32,000 nucleotides of DNA from Polynucleobacter campilacus (GTDB lineage: Bacteria; Pseudomonadota; Gammaproteobacteria; Burkholderiales; Burkholderiaceae), in the NCBI RefSeq assembly GCF_002206625.1, contig NZ_NGUP01000003.1, forward strand, positions 176,968-208,967, written 5' to 3'. The notes beneath the pieces were generated by a model. The model saw only the letters and a program-made list of their open reading frames with translations. It made no database searches and was not told the DNA's origin. The stretch's first letter is position 1. The number at the start of each line of letters is the position of its first letter. The position numbers were made by a program, and so were the translations under genes. This document shows, piece after piece, positions 1 through 9,296 of this stretch.

Positions 1-432
1 ATAAATGGTACCGTCTACTGGCAAGGCTAGGGTATAAGTCCAATTGAGTGCATTACCTGCTAGATCACCCTGTGCCTCCCCTATAACATCATCTGCCCTA
101 CCAATATATTTTCCTGGGGATTGTTCAGTCAAAGTCCAAATGCGTTTTTGCTTAGTGCCGTCTGAATAATCAAAGCTCTCATCGAGAGTGCCTACCTTCT
201 TACCATCAACTACTTTCCAATCTGCTTTGATGAGTACTGTAAATCGCTTCTTTACCTCGCCACTGCGATCTGTGAAGATTCCATAGGCATCAATCGTCCC
301 TGAAAAATACTCACTGAGATCTAATGTAGGCTTCTCATTTGCATATTGCTGAACATTCGGACCCGAACACGCAAGTAAGAATAATGTGAAAACTATTGCG
401 GCAAAAGACTTTAGGTAGAGATGTTGATTCAT
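1..432 (-). CDS. DUF3833-like lipoprotein (C-terminus lies beyond the left window edge)
   Basis: Absent from the ORF track because it runs off the edge. The ATG at 432..430 directly abuts the stop of the upstream ORF at 433. Translation starts MNQHLYLKSFAAIVFTLFLLACSGPN (lipobox LLAC), then DLSEYFSGTIDAYGIFTDRSGEVKKRF. The family call comes from remembered motifs and its usual neighbourhood with chalcone-isomerase-like and DCC genes. Confidence 0.6.
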   Translation of the reverse strand, partial: MNQHLYLKSFAAIVFTLFLLACSGPNVQQYANEKPTLDLSEYFSGTIDAYGIFTDRSGEVKKRFTVLIKADWKVVDGKKVGTLDESFDYSDGTKQKRIWTLTEQSPGKYIGRADDVIGEAQGDLAGNALNWTYTLALPVDGTIY

Positions 433-984
433 TTAGCAAACCTCGTTAAAAAGTGGTGGTGGGCAACCTTTTCCCAGTAATTCATTTCGTAACTTTGGTG
501 CGCTCGTCTTAGGATCCAACCAAATACCAAAGAAAGCTTTTGAAAATTCTACGTCAGGTATTTGAGCGATGAGCTTACCATCATGGTAAAAAATAGTTCC
601 TTGTTTTGGCGCATAGACAGCAGTTAAAGTCTGACCAGACTCAATATTAGGGAAGACCTTCGCAAGCTCCCTACCCCATAGCACCACCTGTGCATCTGAA
701 ACACCCATTTTTTTCATCTCTTCAGCACTGCTATTAGCGATGGAAACACCTGAGAAAGATTTTTGATAACGAATGTCAATCGCAAATTCGGGTGAAGATG
801 GTGTACCTGCACGATAAAAAGATGCATCATAAATATGAAAACCCCACCAATTCAATCTACCGCTACCCTGAAGCAGTGCAGGATTAAATATCTTATCGAT
901 ATAGCTGACTTCTCGAGCAAAGCCATTGGACATGAGTAAAAGAATTGAGATACACAAAGGCAAAAGGATTTTGATCAATCTCAT
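433..984 (-). CDS. chalcone isomerase-like family protein, secreted
   Basis: 183-aa ORF with signal peptide MRLIKILLPLCISILLLMSNGFA. It has a 4-nt ATGA overlap with the upstream DCC gene and abuts the DUF3833 start, so the three look like one operon. The family call rests on remembered similarity and neighbourhood, not a search. Confidence 0.55.
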   Translation of the reverse strand: MRLIKILLPLCISILLLMSNGFAREVSYIDKIFNPALLQGSGRLNWWGFHIYDASFYRAGTPSSPEFAIDIRYQKSFSGVSIANSSAEEMKKMGVSDAQVVLWGRELAKVFPNIESGQTLTAVYAPKQGTIFYHDGKLIAQIPDVEFSKAFFGIWLDPKTSAPKLRNELLGKGCPPPLFNEVC

Positions 985-1391
985 GATGCACCCTTTGAAG
1001 ATGTTGCCTTAACCAAATACAAGGCTGTTGGGCCAAATAATCTAGAAATTGCGTGGCGATTTTTAGCAAAAAATCGGTAACCCACCTGCAAGGTACCTTG
1101 TAATGATTTTCTAGAGAATATCCACGCCAAGAATGGGAGATTTGCCCTGCGGTATGCCTCCGGGAAAACAGCTACGCCCTCTATTAAACCTCCGCTGGCG
1201 TATTGACCATACATAGCAGCCAAGGCCTGATCGCAGGAAATGCCAATGTTGGCAGAATCAAAGCGCTCAGAATTAACATCTATAAAATCTAATAGCCCAG
1301 CCTGGTTTCTTCTAGATAAAAATAGAATCTCAGCCTGGCACAAAGGGCAAGCAGCATCATAAAAGAGGGTCAGTTTCTCTAATGCATCCAT
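981..1391 (-). CDS. thiol-disulfide oxidoreductase, DCC family (DUF393)
   Basis: 136 aa. The N-terminal LFYDAACPLCQAEI carries the CxxC motif typical of the DCC family. Confidence 0.75.
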   Translation of the reverse strand: MDALEKLTLFYDAACPLCQAEILFLSRRNQAGLLDFIDVNSERFDSANIGISCDQALAAMYGQYASGGLIEGVAVFPEAYRRANLPFLAWIFSRKSLQGTLQVGYRFFAKNRHAISRLFGPTALYLVKATSSKGAS

Positions 1392-1453
1392 GTCTAAGCA
1401 AGTTTAAGCCTTATTGAATAAACTGGCTGATAACCACACTATCGAAAGATGCC

Positions 1454-1828
1454 ATGCAAAAAGAAGTTGCCTTAAATGTATTTGGAGAGCCCCTCATCCC
1501 TTGCTCCTTTGACCCACTGACAGGCTTCTTTAGGGATGGCTGCTGCAAAACCAATGAAGAAGATGTTGGCAGTCACTTAGTTTGTGCTGTAGTCACAAAA
1601 GAATTTTTGCAATTCAGTCTTGAAAAGGGCAATGATCTGATTACCCCGCGGCCAGAGTATCAATTTCCAGGGCTCGTTGCTGGAGATCAATGGTGCCTAT
1701 GTATTTCTCGCTGGGTAGAGGCTGTGAATGCGCAATGTGCCCCTTTAATCAAATTGGAGAGTACTCATATTAATGCACTCAAAATAGTTCCCTTAGATAC
1801 TTTGAAAGAATATTCGAGCGAAGTGTGA
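1454..1828 (+). CDS. DUF2237 family protein
   Basis: 124 aa. PLTGFFRDGCCKT...DVGSHLVCAVVTKEFLQFS matches the conserved core I recall for DUF2237. Confidence 0.7.
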   Translation: MQKEVALNVFGEPLIPCSFDPLTGFFRDGCCKTNEEDVGSHLVCAVVTKEFLQFSLEKGNDLITPRPEYQFPGLVAGDQWCLCISRWVEAVNAQCAPLIKLESTHINALKIVPLDTLKEYSSEV

Positions 1829-2724
1829 AGGCTTTCTATACAGATCATTTTGTATTGCCGCTACCAGCGGGACACCGCTTTCCAATGGAGAAATACTCTT
1901 GCTTAAGAGATCTAGTAAAGACTGTTGCTGATATAGAGTTAATCGAAGCTCCTGCCGCAAGTGATACCCAAATTCTGTATGCCCATGATCCAAACTATCT
2001 CATCAAAATCCTTGGGGGGAAATTAAACCCTCAAGAGCAGCGAGAAATTGGCTTTCCTTGGAGTGAAAAAATGGTTGAGCGCTCTCGCCGCTCTGCGGGC
2101 GCAACTATTGCTGCGGCAAAGTCTGCTCTTGAAGAAGGTATTGCCGTCAATTTAGCTGGAGGTACTCACCACGCGTATCGCAATATGGGCAGTGGCTTTT
2201 GTGTATTCAATGACTCTGCTATTGCAGCACGCACACTTCAGAAAGAAGTGAACACAAAGCTGAAGATTGCGATTATTGATTTAGACGTTCATCAAGGTAA
2301 CGGTACAGCTTCTATTTTGCAAAATGACCCCTCAATCTTCACGCTATCCATTCATGGTGAAAATAATTTCCCCTTTAAGAAAGAGCAAAGTGATCTTGAT
2401 TTAGGCCTTGCAGATGGATGCAATGATCACACCTACTTAACTTCCCTAGAGCAATGCCTAGACGATCTAAACTCTCGCTTCAAAGCAGACTGCCTAATTT
2501 ATCTTGCAGGAGCAGACCCTCATGAAGGTGATCGTCTAGGTAGATTGAAGATTAGCAAAGATGGCATGCGCCTCAGAGATGAAACCGTTTTCCAGTACGC
2601 CTTAGATAAAAGGCTACCAATAGCGATATCAATGGCAGGTGGCTATGGAAAGGAAATTGAATCTACTGTAGATATCCATTTCCAGACCATCAGCACAGCC
2701 CTACGCTTTCAGCAAGAATACTAA
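1825..2724 (+). CDS. histone deacetylase family protein (HDAC-like amidohydrolase)
   Basis: 299 aa. The GTG start overlaps the DUF2237 stop (GTGA). Active-site motifs GGTHHAYRNMGSGFCVFND and IDLDVHQGNGT are present. Confidence 0.85.
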   Translation: MKAFYTDHFVLPLPAGHRFPMEKYSCLRDLVKTVADIELIEAPAASDTQILYAHDPNYLIKILGGKLNPQEQREIGFPWSEKMVERSRRSAGATIAAAKSALEEGIAVNLAGGTHHAYRNMGSGFCVFNDSAIAARTLQKEVNTKLKIAIIDLDVHQGNGTASILQNDPSIFTLSIHGENNFPFKKEQSDLDLGLADGCNDHTYLTSLEQCLDDLNSRFKADCLIYLAGADPHEGDRLGRLKISKDGMRLRDETVFQYALDKRLPIAISMAGGYGKEIESTVDIHFQTISTALRFQQEY

Positions 2725-2739
2725 TTTAGAGCCCAGCTA

Positions 2740-4443
2740 TCACCAAACCTGCTTTTTGCCATCAATCCAAGTTTCCTTGACTTTGATATTGGCAATTTTT
2801 TCTGGGCTTGTCTTGCGAGGGTTTTTATCCAAGATCACTAGGTCAGCTTGCTTGCCTACTTCAAGGCTTCCAATCTTATCGTCCGACATGAGTTGATAAG
2901 CTGCATTAATGGTGACTGCACGAATAGCATCATCTATAGATACACGCTCATTAGGCCCCAAGACTTCGCGGGGCGGCTTTTGCCATAGACGATCAACGCC
3001 TTCAGAAATGTAACGCAAAGGGCTTACTGGCGAGATCGGAGAATCGCTGTGATAGGTAAAGCGGGCACCTTCCTTTTTAAATGAAGCGCCCGGAGCAATT
3101 CTACTGGCACGCTCGGGGCCAACGATGTGATTATGAAAGGCTTCCCCCCAATAGTTCACGTGACCCACAGTAAATCCAGGAACAACGCCTAATTGCACAG
3201 CTTTTTTCACTTGCTCAGGTGTATTAATAGTGAAATGCTCAATTCGTAAACGGCGAGTTTCAGGCTTTGCATTACCTGCTAAAAGTTTTGCGTAGTTATT
3301 CAGAGTTTGTTCAACAGCACGATCGCCATTGGCATGAATTGATAATTGCCAACCCTGATCAAAGAATGGCTTGATCAAACCGAAGAGATCCTCATCTTTG
3401 TAATCAAGATCGCCACGTCTTTTGCTGCCAATTGGGTAAGTGTATGGCTGGTTTAAGGCGGCTGTTAATCCCTGAGTAGAGCCATCAGATACAAATTTGA
3501 TGCCCACAAAACGTAGGCGGTCGTTTCCATCATTTGGCTTAATAGTATTAAAGCCTTTGGGAATTGCCGGGCCATATAAGTAGCCCCTGACGCGAAGTGG
3601 CCAGTCCTTGCTAGCGCTAGCACCTTGGAGTAACTTCACTTCATTATCTAAGCCCAACATGGCCCCTATAGTAATTTCAGTGGTCGTGGTGACGCCTTTT
3701 GAAGCAATCATCTTCCCAGTCTTTTGAACCGCCTTGAGTAAATCCGCATCCGAAGGTGGCGGCATTTTTTCTAAAAATGGTAAGTAAGAAGCGCCTTCAA
3801 TCAAAACCCCAGTGAGCTTACCTTGAGCATTTTTCTGAAATACCCCACCACCAGCTGGATTGGGAGTGCTATCAGTGACACCAGCAATTTCATAAGCCTT
3901 ATGATTGACATACGCAATATGACCAGATTGATTTAGAACGAAAATAGGTACTTCAGTGCTGACCTTATCTAAAACATCAGCAGTTAATTCCGCCATGAAT
4001 GGATTAGTGCGGGATGGATCTACGCCAAAGCCCATCAACCATTGCCCTTTAGGTAAAGTCTTTAAATGCGCCTTTAATTTGTTGCTAAGCGTTGCAACTG
4101 TGTCGTACTTGGTGGTGAAGTTAGAGAGATCTAACCAAATATATTCACCAACTGCCGTCAAGATAATATGGACGTGAGGATCAATCAGGCCTGGCATGAC
4201 TGTTTTACCTTGCAGATCGACAATCTTGGTAGAGCTCGTTTGCCATCCTTTTGTCACGTCGGATTTAGTGCCTGCAGCAACAATTTTCCCATCCTTTACA
4301 GCAAGTGCTTCCACCTCTTCATTTTTGGCGTTTACGGTAACAATAGGCCCGCCATAAAAAATCGTATCTGCATTATTTTGGGCAAAAGCCATAGACGCAT
4401 GGATAGCCAATACTGCAATAAGAATATTTGATGAAAATTTCAT
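2740..4443 (-). CDS. secreted metal-dependent amidohydrolase (YtcJ-like, Amidohydro_3)
   Basis: 567 aa with Sec signal MKFSSNILIAVLAIHASMAFA. Metal-ligand motifs DPHVHI, SIHANGD and YHSDSP are present. Confidence 0.8.
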   Translation of the reverse strand: MKFSSNILIAVLAIHASMAFAQNNADTIFYGGPIVTVNAKNEEVEALAVKDGKIVAAGTKSDVTKGWQTSSTKIVDLQGKTVMPGLIDPHVHIILTAVGEYIWLDLSNFTTKYDTVATLSNKLKAHLKTLPKGQWLMGFGVDPSRTNPFMAELTADVLDKVSTEVPIFVLNQSGHIAYVNHKAYEIAGVTDSTPNPAGGGVFQKNAQGKLTGVLIEGASYLPFLEKMPPPSDADLLKAVQKTGKMIASKGVTTTTEITIGAMLGLDNEVKLLQGASASKDWPLRVRGYLYGPAIPKGFNTIKPNDGNDRLRFVGIKFVSDGSTQGLTAALNQPYTYPIGSKRRGDLDYKDEDLFGLIKPFFDQGWQLSIHANGDRAVEQTLNNYAKLLAGNAKPETRRLRIEHFTINTPEQVKKAVQLGVVPGFTVGHVNYWGEAFHNHIVGPERASRIAPGASFKKEGARFTYHSDSPISPVSPLRYISEGVDRLWQKPPREVLGPNERVSIDDAIRAVTINAAYQLMSDDKIGSLEVGKQADLVILDKNPRKTSPEKIANIKVKETWIDGKKQVW

Positions 4444-4542
4444 TGAATAGAGCCCAAATGGATTAAGAGAGGAACTTAGTAATCATAATTAGTTTTCTAC
4501 TACCAAGCACTTATAAATCTAGTAATGATCTGAAAACCATCT

Positions 4543-4695
4543 TTAAGCACATGTAGCGCCATAGGGTAATGTAGGCTCTTGGATAAATGAGAGATTGGCT
4601 TCCGCAGGCTTTGTAGTGATATAGGCAATAACGCATGCCGTAATGATTAGCAAGACGCCGACCCATAAGGCCCAAGATTTTGAATTTTTATCCAT
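4543..4695 (-). CDS. hypothetical small membrane protein (50 aa)
   Basis: Below the ORF-track cutoff. The ATG at 4695 is preceded by AAGGAG about 6 nt upstream. Translation is MDKNSKSWALWVGVLLIITACVIAYITTKPAEANLSFIQEPTLPYGATCA, with one hydrophobic helix. It lies 99 nt upstream of the amidohydrolase gene on the same strand. Confidence 0.35.
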   Translation of the reverse strand: MDKNSKSWALWVGVLLIITACVIAYITTKPAEANLSFIQEPTLPYGATCA

Positions 4696-4826
4696 ATCAA
4701 ACTCCTTAAAATGATCGTTCATGCTTCATATTACCCTCTAGTGATAGATGCGTTACGCTAATCACAATTTTCAACTTAAACTAAAATAAATTATCTTTGA
4801 TAACAATTAAATCCAAGGAAAGCGTA

Positions 4827-5462
4827 ATGAGTCTGATTGAGAAGCTGCAATGGCGCTATGCCACTAAAAAGATGGATCCAGCAAAGGCTGTATCCCAAGA
4901 TAAAGTTGAGAAAATTCTTGAAGCCATTCGCTTAACAGCGAGCTCTAGTGGATTACTGCCTTATGAGGTACTAGTCATTACCAATAAAGAGATTCGCGAC
5001 AAGATAAAGCCGATCGCAAATGGCCAATCTCAAATCGTTGATTGCTCACACTTGCTGGTCTTCGCAGCTTGGGATAACTACACTGCAGAGCGTATTAATG
5101 ATGCATTTGATATGACTGAAACAATCCGCAATTTTACAAGCGACGCCGGTACTGCTTATCGCCAAATGCTTCTCAAGGTCTACCCAGCCAGAGATTCAGA
5201 AATCAACTTTACACACGCTGCAAAACAAGCCTATATCGGACTTGGTACTGCACTGGTTGCTGCCGCTGAAGAGCAGGTGGATAGCACTCCCATGGAAGGA
5301 TTTGATCCACAAGCGCTTGACACTCTTCTGAATCTCAAAGAAAAGGGCTTACGCAGTGTTGTCATGCTTCCTTTGGGCTACAGAAAAACGGATGAGGATT
5401 GGCTGCTTAACCTCAAGAAAGTTAGACGTGCCAAAGAGAGCTTTATTCGCTGGATCAAGTAA
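4827..5462 (+). CDS. nitroreductase family NAD(P)H oxidoreductase
   Basis: The track ORF starts at TTG 4797. ATG 4827 has an AAGGAAAG Shine-Dalgarno sequence and gives MSLIEKLQWRYATKKMDP, a typical nitroreductase N-terminus. Confidence 0.8.
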   Translation: MSLIEKLQWRYATKKMDPAKAVSQDKVEKILEAIRLTASSSGLLPYEVLVITNKEIRDKIKPIANGQSQIVDCSHLLVFAAWDNYTAERINDAFDMTETIRNFTSDAGTAYRQMLLKVYPARDSEINFTHAAKQAYIGLGTALVAAAEEQVDSTPMEGFDPQALDTLLNLKEKGLRSVVMLPLGYRKTDEDWLLNLKKVRRAKESFIRWIK

Positions 5463-5485
5463 ACATTTATCCTGCAGGGAGAAAT

Positions 5486-5515
5486 AAAAACACCAACTAT
5501 TCAGTTGGTGTTTTT
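5486..5515. terminator. bidirectional rho-independent terminator between convergent genes
   Basis: AAAAA-CACCAACT-ATTC-AGTTGGTG-TTTTT: an 8-bp stem and 4-nt loop, flanked by an A-tract and a T-tract. Confidence 0.75.
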
Positions 5516-5581
5516 ATTTCCAGAGAACAATCATGATCAAAGATCAATCCAAGGACTCTCCATTATTTAACGAATATCAAT

Positions 5582-6550
5582 TTACTGAGGTTTAACTCCC
5601 GCGTTTTTCATGGCGACTTTCCATCTCTCAATATCCGTCAATAAAAATTTGGATCCATAGCTAGGGTTAGCTATTGTAGGAGTAGCCACAGAAGCATCCA
5701 TTTCACCAAAGCGACGCACTAAGCCTGGATCTTTCAATGCATTATTTAATGCTTTTGTTAATCGATCAATCACTGGTTTGGGGGTATCTTTGGGTGCATA
5801 TAAAGCATGCCATACCGATAATTGAAAACCAGGCATACCGGATTGACTAAATGTGGGCGTTGTAGGTAAGGAGCTAATACGATCCTTGCTAGCTACAGCA
5901 AGTGCTTTGATACTACCCGCACGAATATGTTGCAATGTACTGGCTGGTTGATCGCAAATGACATCGACTTGTCCAGCCAATAAATCATTGAGTGCTGGGC
6001 CAGTTCCTTTATAAGAAACTGATAGCCAGGATGCTCCCAAAGTTGACTTTATGAGCACTTCGCACAAGTTCGATGTAGCGCCAACACCTGCATTAGCGAA
6101 ATTCACCTTATCAGGGTTTGCTCGCACATAATCAACAAAACCTTGAAGGGACTCTGCCGGGAAATCTTTTCTGGCAACCAAAACCATTGGAACATCAGTT
6201 ACCATACCAATCGGAATAAAGTCAGTTGCTGGGTCATAAGGTAATTTTGAATACAGCGCTGGTGCAGATGCTTGAGCCATATTATGAAAAAGTAAGGTGT
6301 ATCCATCTGGACTCGCTTTGGCAACCTTAGCTGCACCAATCGTTCCACCTGCGCCGCCAGAGTTTTCAATAATGACAGATTGCCCTAAATCCTTAGACAT
6401 CGACTGCGCCAAAACCCTGCCTAATACATCTGTAGAGCCGCCTGGCGGAAATGGGACAACAATCGTGATTTGCTTATCGGGATAGGCGGCAAACGCTAGG
6501 GATGCAGATAAGCAACTCAATGCTAAAAGAAGTTTGTAGATGAATTTCAT
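5582..6550 (-). CDS. Bug family tripartite tricarboxylate transporter substrate-binding protein (TctC-like)
   Basis: 322 aa. A signal peptide is followed by AYPDKQITIVVPFPPGGSTD, the hallmark Bug N-terminal motif. Confidence 0.85.
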   Translation of the reverse strand: MKFIYKLLLALSCLSASLAFAAYPDKQITIVVPFPPGGSTDVLGRVLAQSMSKDLGQSVIIENSGGAGGTIGAAKVAKASPDGYTLLFHNMAQASAPALYSKLPYDPATDFIPIGMVTDVPMVLVARKDFPAESLQGFVDYVRANPDKVNFANAGVGATSNLCEVLIKSTLGASWLSVSYKGTGPALNDLLAGQVDVICDQPASTLQHIRAGSIKALAVASKDRISSLPTTPTFSQSGMPGFQLSVWHALYAPKDTPKPVIDRLTKALNNALKDPGLVRRFGEMDASVATPTIANPSYGSKFLLTDIERWKVAMKNAGVKPQ

Positions 6551-6577
6551 AACACTCCCATCAAATAATTAGGCGAA

Positions 6578-7477
6578 TTAAAGAGCCGCAGACCTGACAT
6601 AGTCAAACATAGCGGTATGGTCTGCACCTTTACCCAGCTTCTCATCCGCCTCTTTGGCAGTGAGAACGCATTGCTTTGCCAGGTTTGCATAGCAATTCAT
6701 ATTCTCAATAAAGTTCAGCGCAATTTGCACATCTTTACGCATTAAAGCCAAGGAGAAGCCAGAATTAAAGGCATCATTGAGCATAAAATTTTCAACTTTA
6801 TTTTCGGTCGTGTTATTACGACCGGTTGAAGCATTAAACACTTGATTTACGACATGAGGATCTAAGCCAAACTTATTCGCCGCATTGAGTGCCTCAGAGG
6901 CAGCAATCAATCCAGCTGCAGACACATAATTATTCAAAGCCTTCACTGCATGCGCTGCACCTGCATCGCCAACATGCACAATGCTCTTGCCCATACATTC
7001 CAGTAACGAATGAATCTCTCCAAAATATTCTTTTTTTCCACCAACAATAATGGCTAGCGATCCATCAATTGCTTTTTTAACCCCTCCAGATACTGGAGCA
7101 TCAATAAACTTAATACCCAACTTCTCTAATTTTTGATTATTTTCTTTAGATGAGATCGGGCTAGATGAGCTCATATCCATGAGGTAGCTATCCTTACTCA
7201 ACTGAGTAGCAATACCTGCAGATCCATTACTGCCCCACAAAAGCGCATCAATGATGGTGCTATCCGGCAACATTAAGATCGTTAGATTGGCATCTTGTAT
7301 TGCTTGCTCAGGGCTCGATACAAACTGAAACCCTTTGTCATCTGAAAACTTTGCTGCTACCTCTTGATTAAGATCAAATCCAGAAATCTGATATCCGGCC
7401 TTCAGGAGGTTTTTTGCCATGGGGACTCCCATGAGCCCCAATCCCACAAAAGCGATCTTTGTATCGGATGCTTGCAT
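6578..7477 (-). CDS. NAD(P)-dependent beta-hydroxyacid dehydrogenase (3-hydroxyisobutyrate dehydrogenase family)
   Basis: 299 aa with Rossmann motif IAFVGLGLMGVPMAKNL. Its start overlaps the stop of the upstream CMD gene (TAATG). Confidence 0.85.
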   Translation of the reverse strand: MQASDTKIAFVGLGLMGVPMAKNLLKAGYQISGFDLNQEVAAKFSDDKGFQFVSSPEQAIQDANLTILMLPDSTIIDALLWGSNGSAGIATQLSKDSYLMDMSSSSPISSKENNQKLEKLGIKFIDAPVSGGVKKAIDGSLAIIVGGKKEYFGEIHSLLECMGKSIVHVGDAGAAHAVKALNNYVSAAGLIAASEALNAANKFGLDPHVVNQVFNASTGRNNTTENKVENFMLNDAFNSGFSLALMRKDVQIALNFIENMNCYANLAKQCVLTAKEADEKLGKGADHTAMFDYVRSAAL

Positions 7478-7857
7478 TAGATACCCATTTCTTTAAAGAC
7501 TTCCTTAGCTACACGAAAGCTATCAATGGCAGCTGGGACGCCACAATAAATTGCAACCTGTAAAAAGACTTCTTGAATCTCTTCTTTTGTTAAGCCATTA
7601 TTAATAGCGCCTCTGACATGTAGCTTCAACTCATGTGGGCGATTTAGCGCTGCGATCATGGCAAGATTTAAAAAGCTACGCGTTTTTCTTTCTAGGCCTG
7701 GTCGATTCCAAATCTCGTTCCAGCAATACTCAGTCACCAACTCTTGCATTGGCATGTTGAAATCATCTGCATTCTTGAGTGAGGTCTCAACATACTCAGC
7801 GCCTAATACTTCTTTGCGGGTTTTTAACCCTTTTTCAAAATTATCGCGATTCATCAC
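7477..7857 (-). CDS. carboxymuconolactone decarboxylase family protein
   Basis: 126 aa. WNRPGLERKTRSFLNLA...EEIQEVFLQVAIYCGVPAA is typical of PcaC-like gamma-CMD proteins. Confidence 0.85.
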   Translation of the reverse strand: MMNRDNFEKGLKTRKEVLGAEYVETSLKNADDFNMPMQELVTEYCWNEIWNRPGLERKTRSFLNLAMIAALNRPHELKLHVRGAINNGLTKEEIQEVFLQVAIYCGVPAAIDSFRVAKEVFKEMGI

Positions 7858-8103
7858 TTCTCCTAGTTATTGATTATTTTTAATTAAATGGCTGGTAGAC
7901 TTTTTATAAGAAAATAATATTACCTCTTTTCCCCTCTCAACCCTAAAAAAGCTGAGATGACTGACCCTATCCAAATCTCAGTCAAGGCAGCAATTGGTAT
8001 AAAACTAATGGAAGATACCAATGTTCTCAAGGCAAGCACAACCGTTATTCTGAGCCAAGAACAATAAAAACAAACTCAAAAAAATACCAAAGGGAGAATC
8101 ATC

Positions 8104-9252
8104 ATGAAAACTATTTTCGGGAAGTTAGCTTTTGCAATATCTGGAGTGGCAATAGCAAGCACAGCGTATTGCGGCACTTACGTATACATTTCAAACATTG
8201 AAGATGCCGATATTGCAGCTTATGAGCTAACGACTGGGTCAAGTCCACACTTAAATTTAGTTGGGCGCTTTCCGGCTGGAAAATTCGCTATGCCTATGGC
8301 TGTAACACCCGATGGTAAAAATTTATATGCCTCGGTCCGCTCTAAGCCCTTTTCTTTATATATGTATCAAATAGATCAGTCTAATGGACAGCTAAAATGG
8401 ACTGGTGCAATACCATTGCCCGATAGCATGGTTGCTGTATCTACAGATAAAACTGGTAAATGGTTATTAGCCACCTCTTTTGGCGGCCATAACAACAGCG
8501 TGAACCAAATACAAGCCAATGGCTATGTCAATCCTATCCCAGCGGAAGCATTTCCAAGTGGCGGCAAAAATCCACATGCAATCATATTTGACCAGTCCAA
8601 TAAGTTTGTCTATGTGCCCCAGCTAGGAACAGATGAAATTAAAATCCATACTTTTAATGCCTCTCAAGCCAAGCCTCTCTCTGAAACATCAACTTCAGTA
8701 GCCCTCCAAAAACAACAAGGGCCAAGACATATTGTTATTTCGGACGACAATAAATTTGCCTATGTCATTACAGAGATGACTGGTGAGGTGGTAGTTTTCT
8801 CTCGAGATATCAAATCAGGGGCATTGACTCAAATTCAGGCTGTATCTAGCCTGCCAAGTGATAGTAAATTAGTGCCCGGCAGACCAAGACCTCCAACTGG
8901 CTCACCAGAGGCAACTGCATTTGATGACTCTAATATGATTTTCTGTGCTGAAATTAAATTAACACCCAACGGTAAATTTCTCTACACATCCGAAAGAACT
9001 AAGAGCACATTAAGCGGCTTTGAAGTTAACCCTCAAACAGGCAAAGTAAAGTATCTGTTTACGATACCTACAGAAGAAATGCCGAGAGGATTTAATGTTG
9101 ATCCTAGCGGTCAATTTTTAGTTGCCTCCGGACAAAAGTCTGACAAGGTATCTCTCTACTCCATCAATCAAGCTAATGGTGAATTAAGTCTGATTGAAAG
9201 AGTTGCTGGCGGCAAAGGAGCTAACTGGGTCACTTTCGTTAAAACGAAGTGA
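8104..9252 (+). CDS. lactonase, 7-bladed beta-propeller family (YbhE/Pgl-like), secreted
   Basis: 382 aa with a signal peptide. Contains NPHAIIFDQSNKFVYVPQLGTDEIKIHTF and repeated propeller-blade motifs. The Shine-Dalgarno sequence is AGGGAGA. Confidence 0.8.
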   Translation: MKTIFGKLAFAISGVAIASTAYCGTYVYISNIEDADIAAYELTTGSSPHLNLVGRFPAGKFAMPMAVTPDGKNLYASVRSKPFSLYMYQIDQSNGQLKWTGAIPLPDSMVAVSTDKTGKWLLATSFGGHNNSVNQIQANGYVNPIPAEAFPSGGKNPHAIIFDQSNKFVYVPQLGTDEIKIHTFNASQAKPLSETSTSVALQKQQGPRHIVISDDNKFAYVITEMTGEVVVFSRDIKSGALTQIQAVSSLPSDSKLVPGRPRPPTGSPEATAFDDSNMIFCAEIKLTPNGKFLYTSERTKSTLSGFEVNPQTGKVKYLFTIPTEEMPRGFNVDPSGQFLVASGQKSDKVSLYSINQANGELSLIERVAGGKGANWVTFVKTK

Positions 9253-9272
9253 AATGATCACTCCCAGCCCTC

Positions 9273-9296
9273 AAGCCACCCTTGGGTGGCTTTTTT
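9273..9296. terminator. rho-independent terminator shared by convergent genes
   Basis: GCCACC-CTTG-GGTGGC followed by TTTTTT, directly after the lactonase stop and touching the stop of the minus-strand ORF. Confidence 0.7.
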
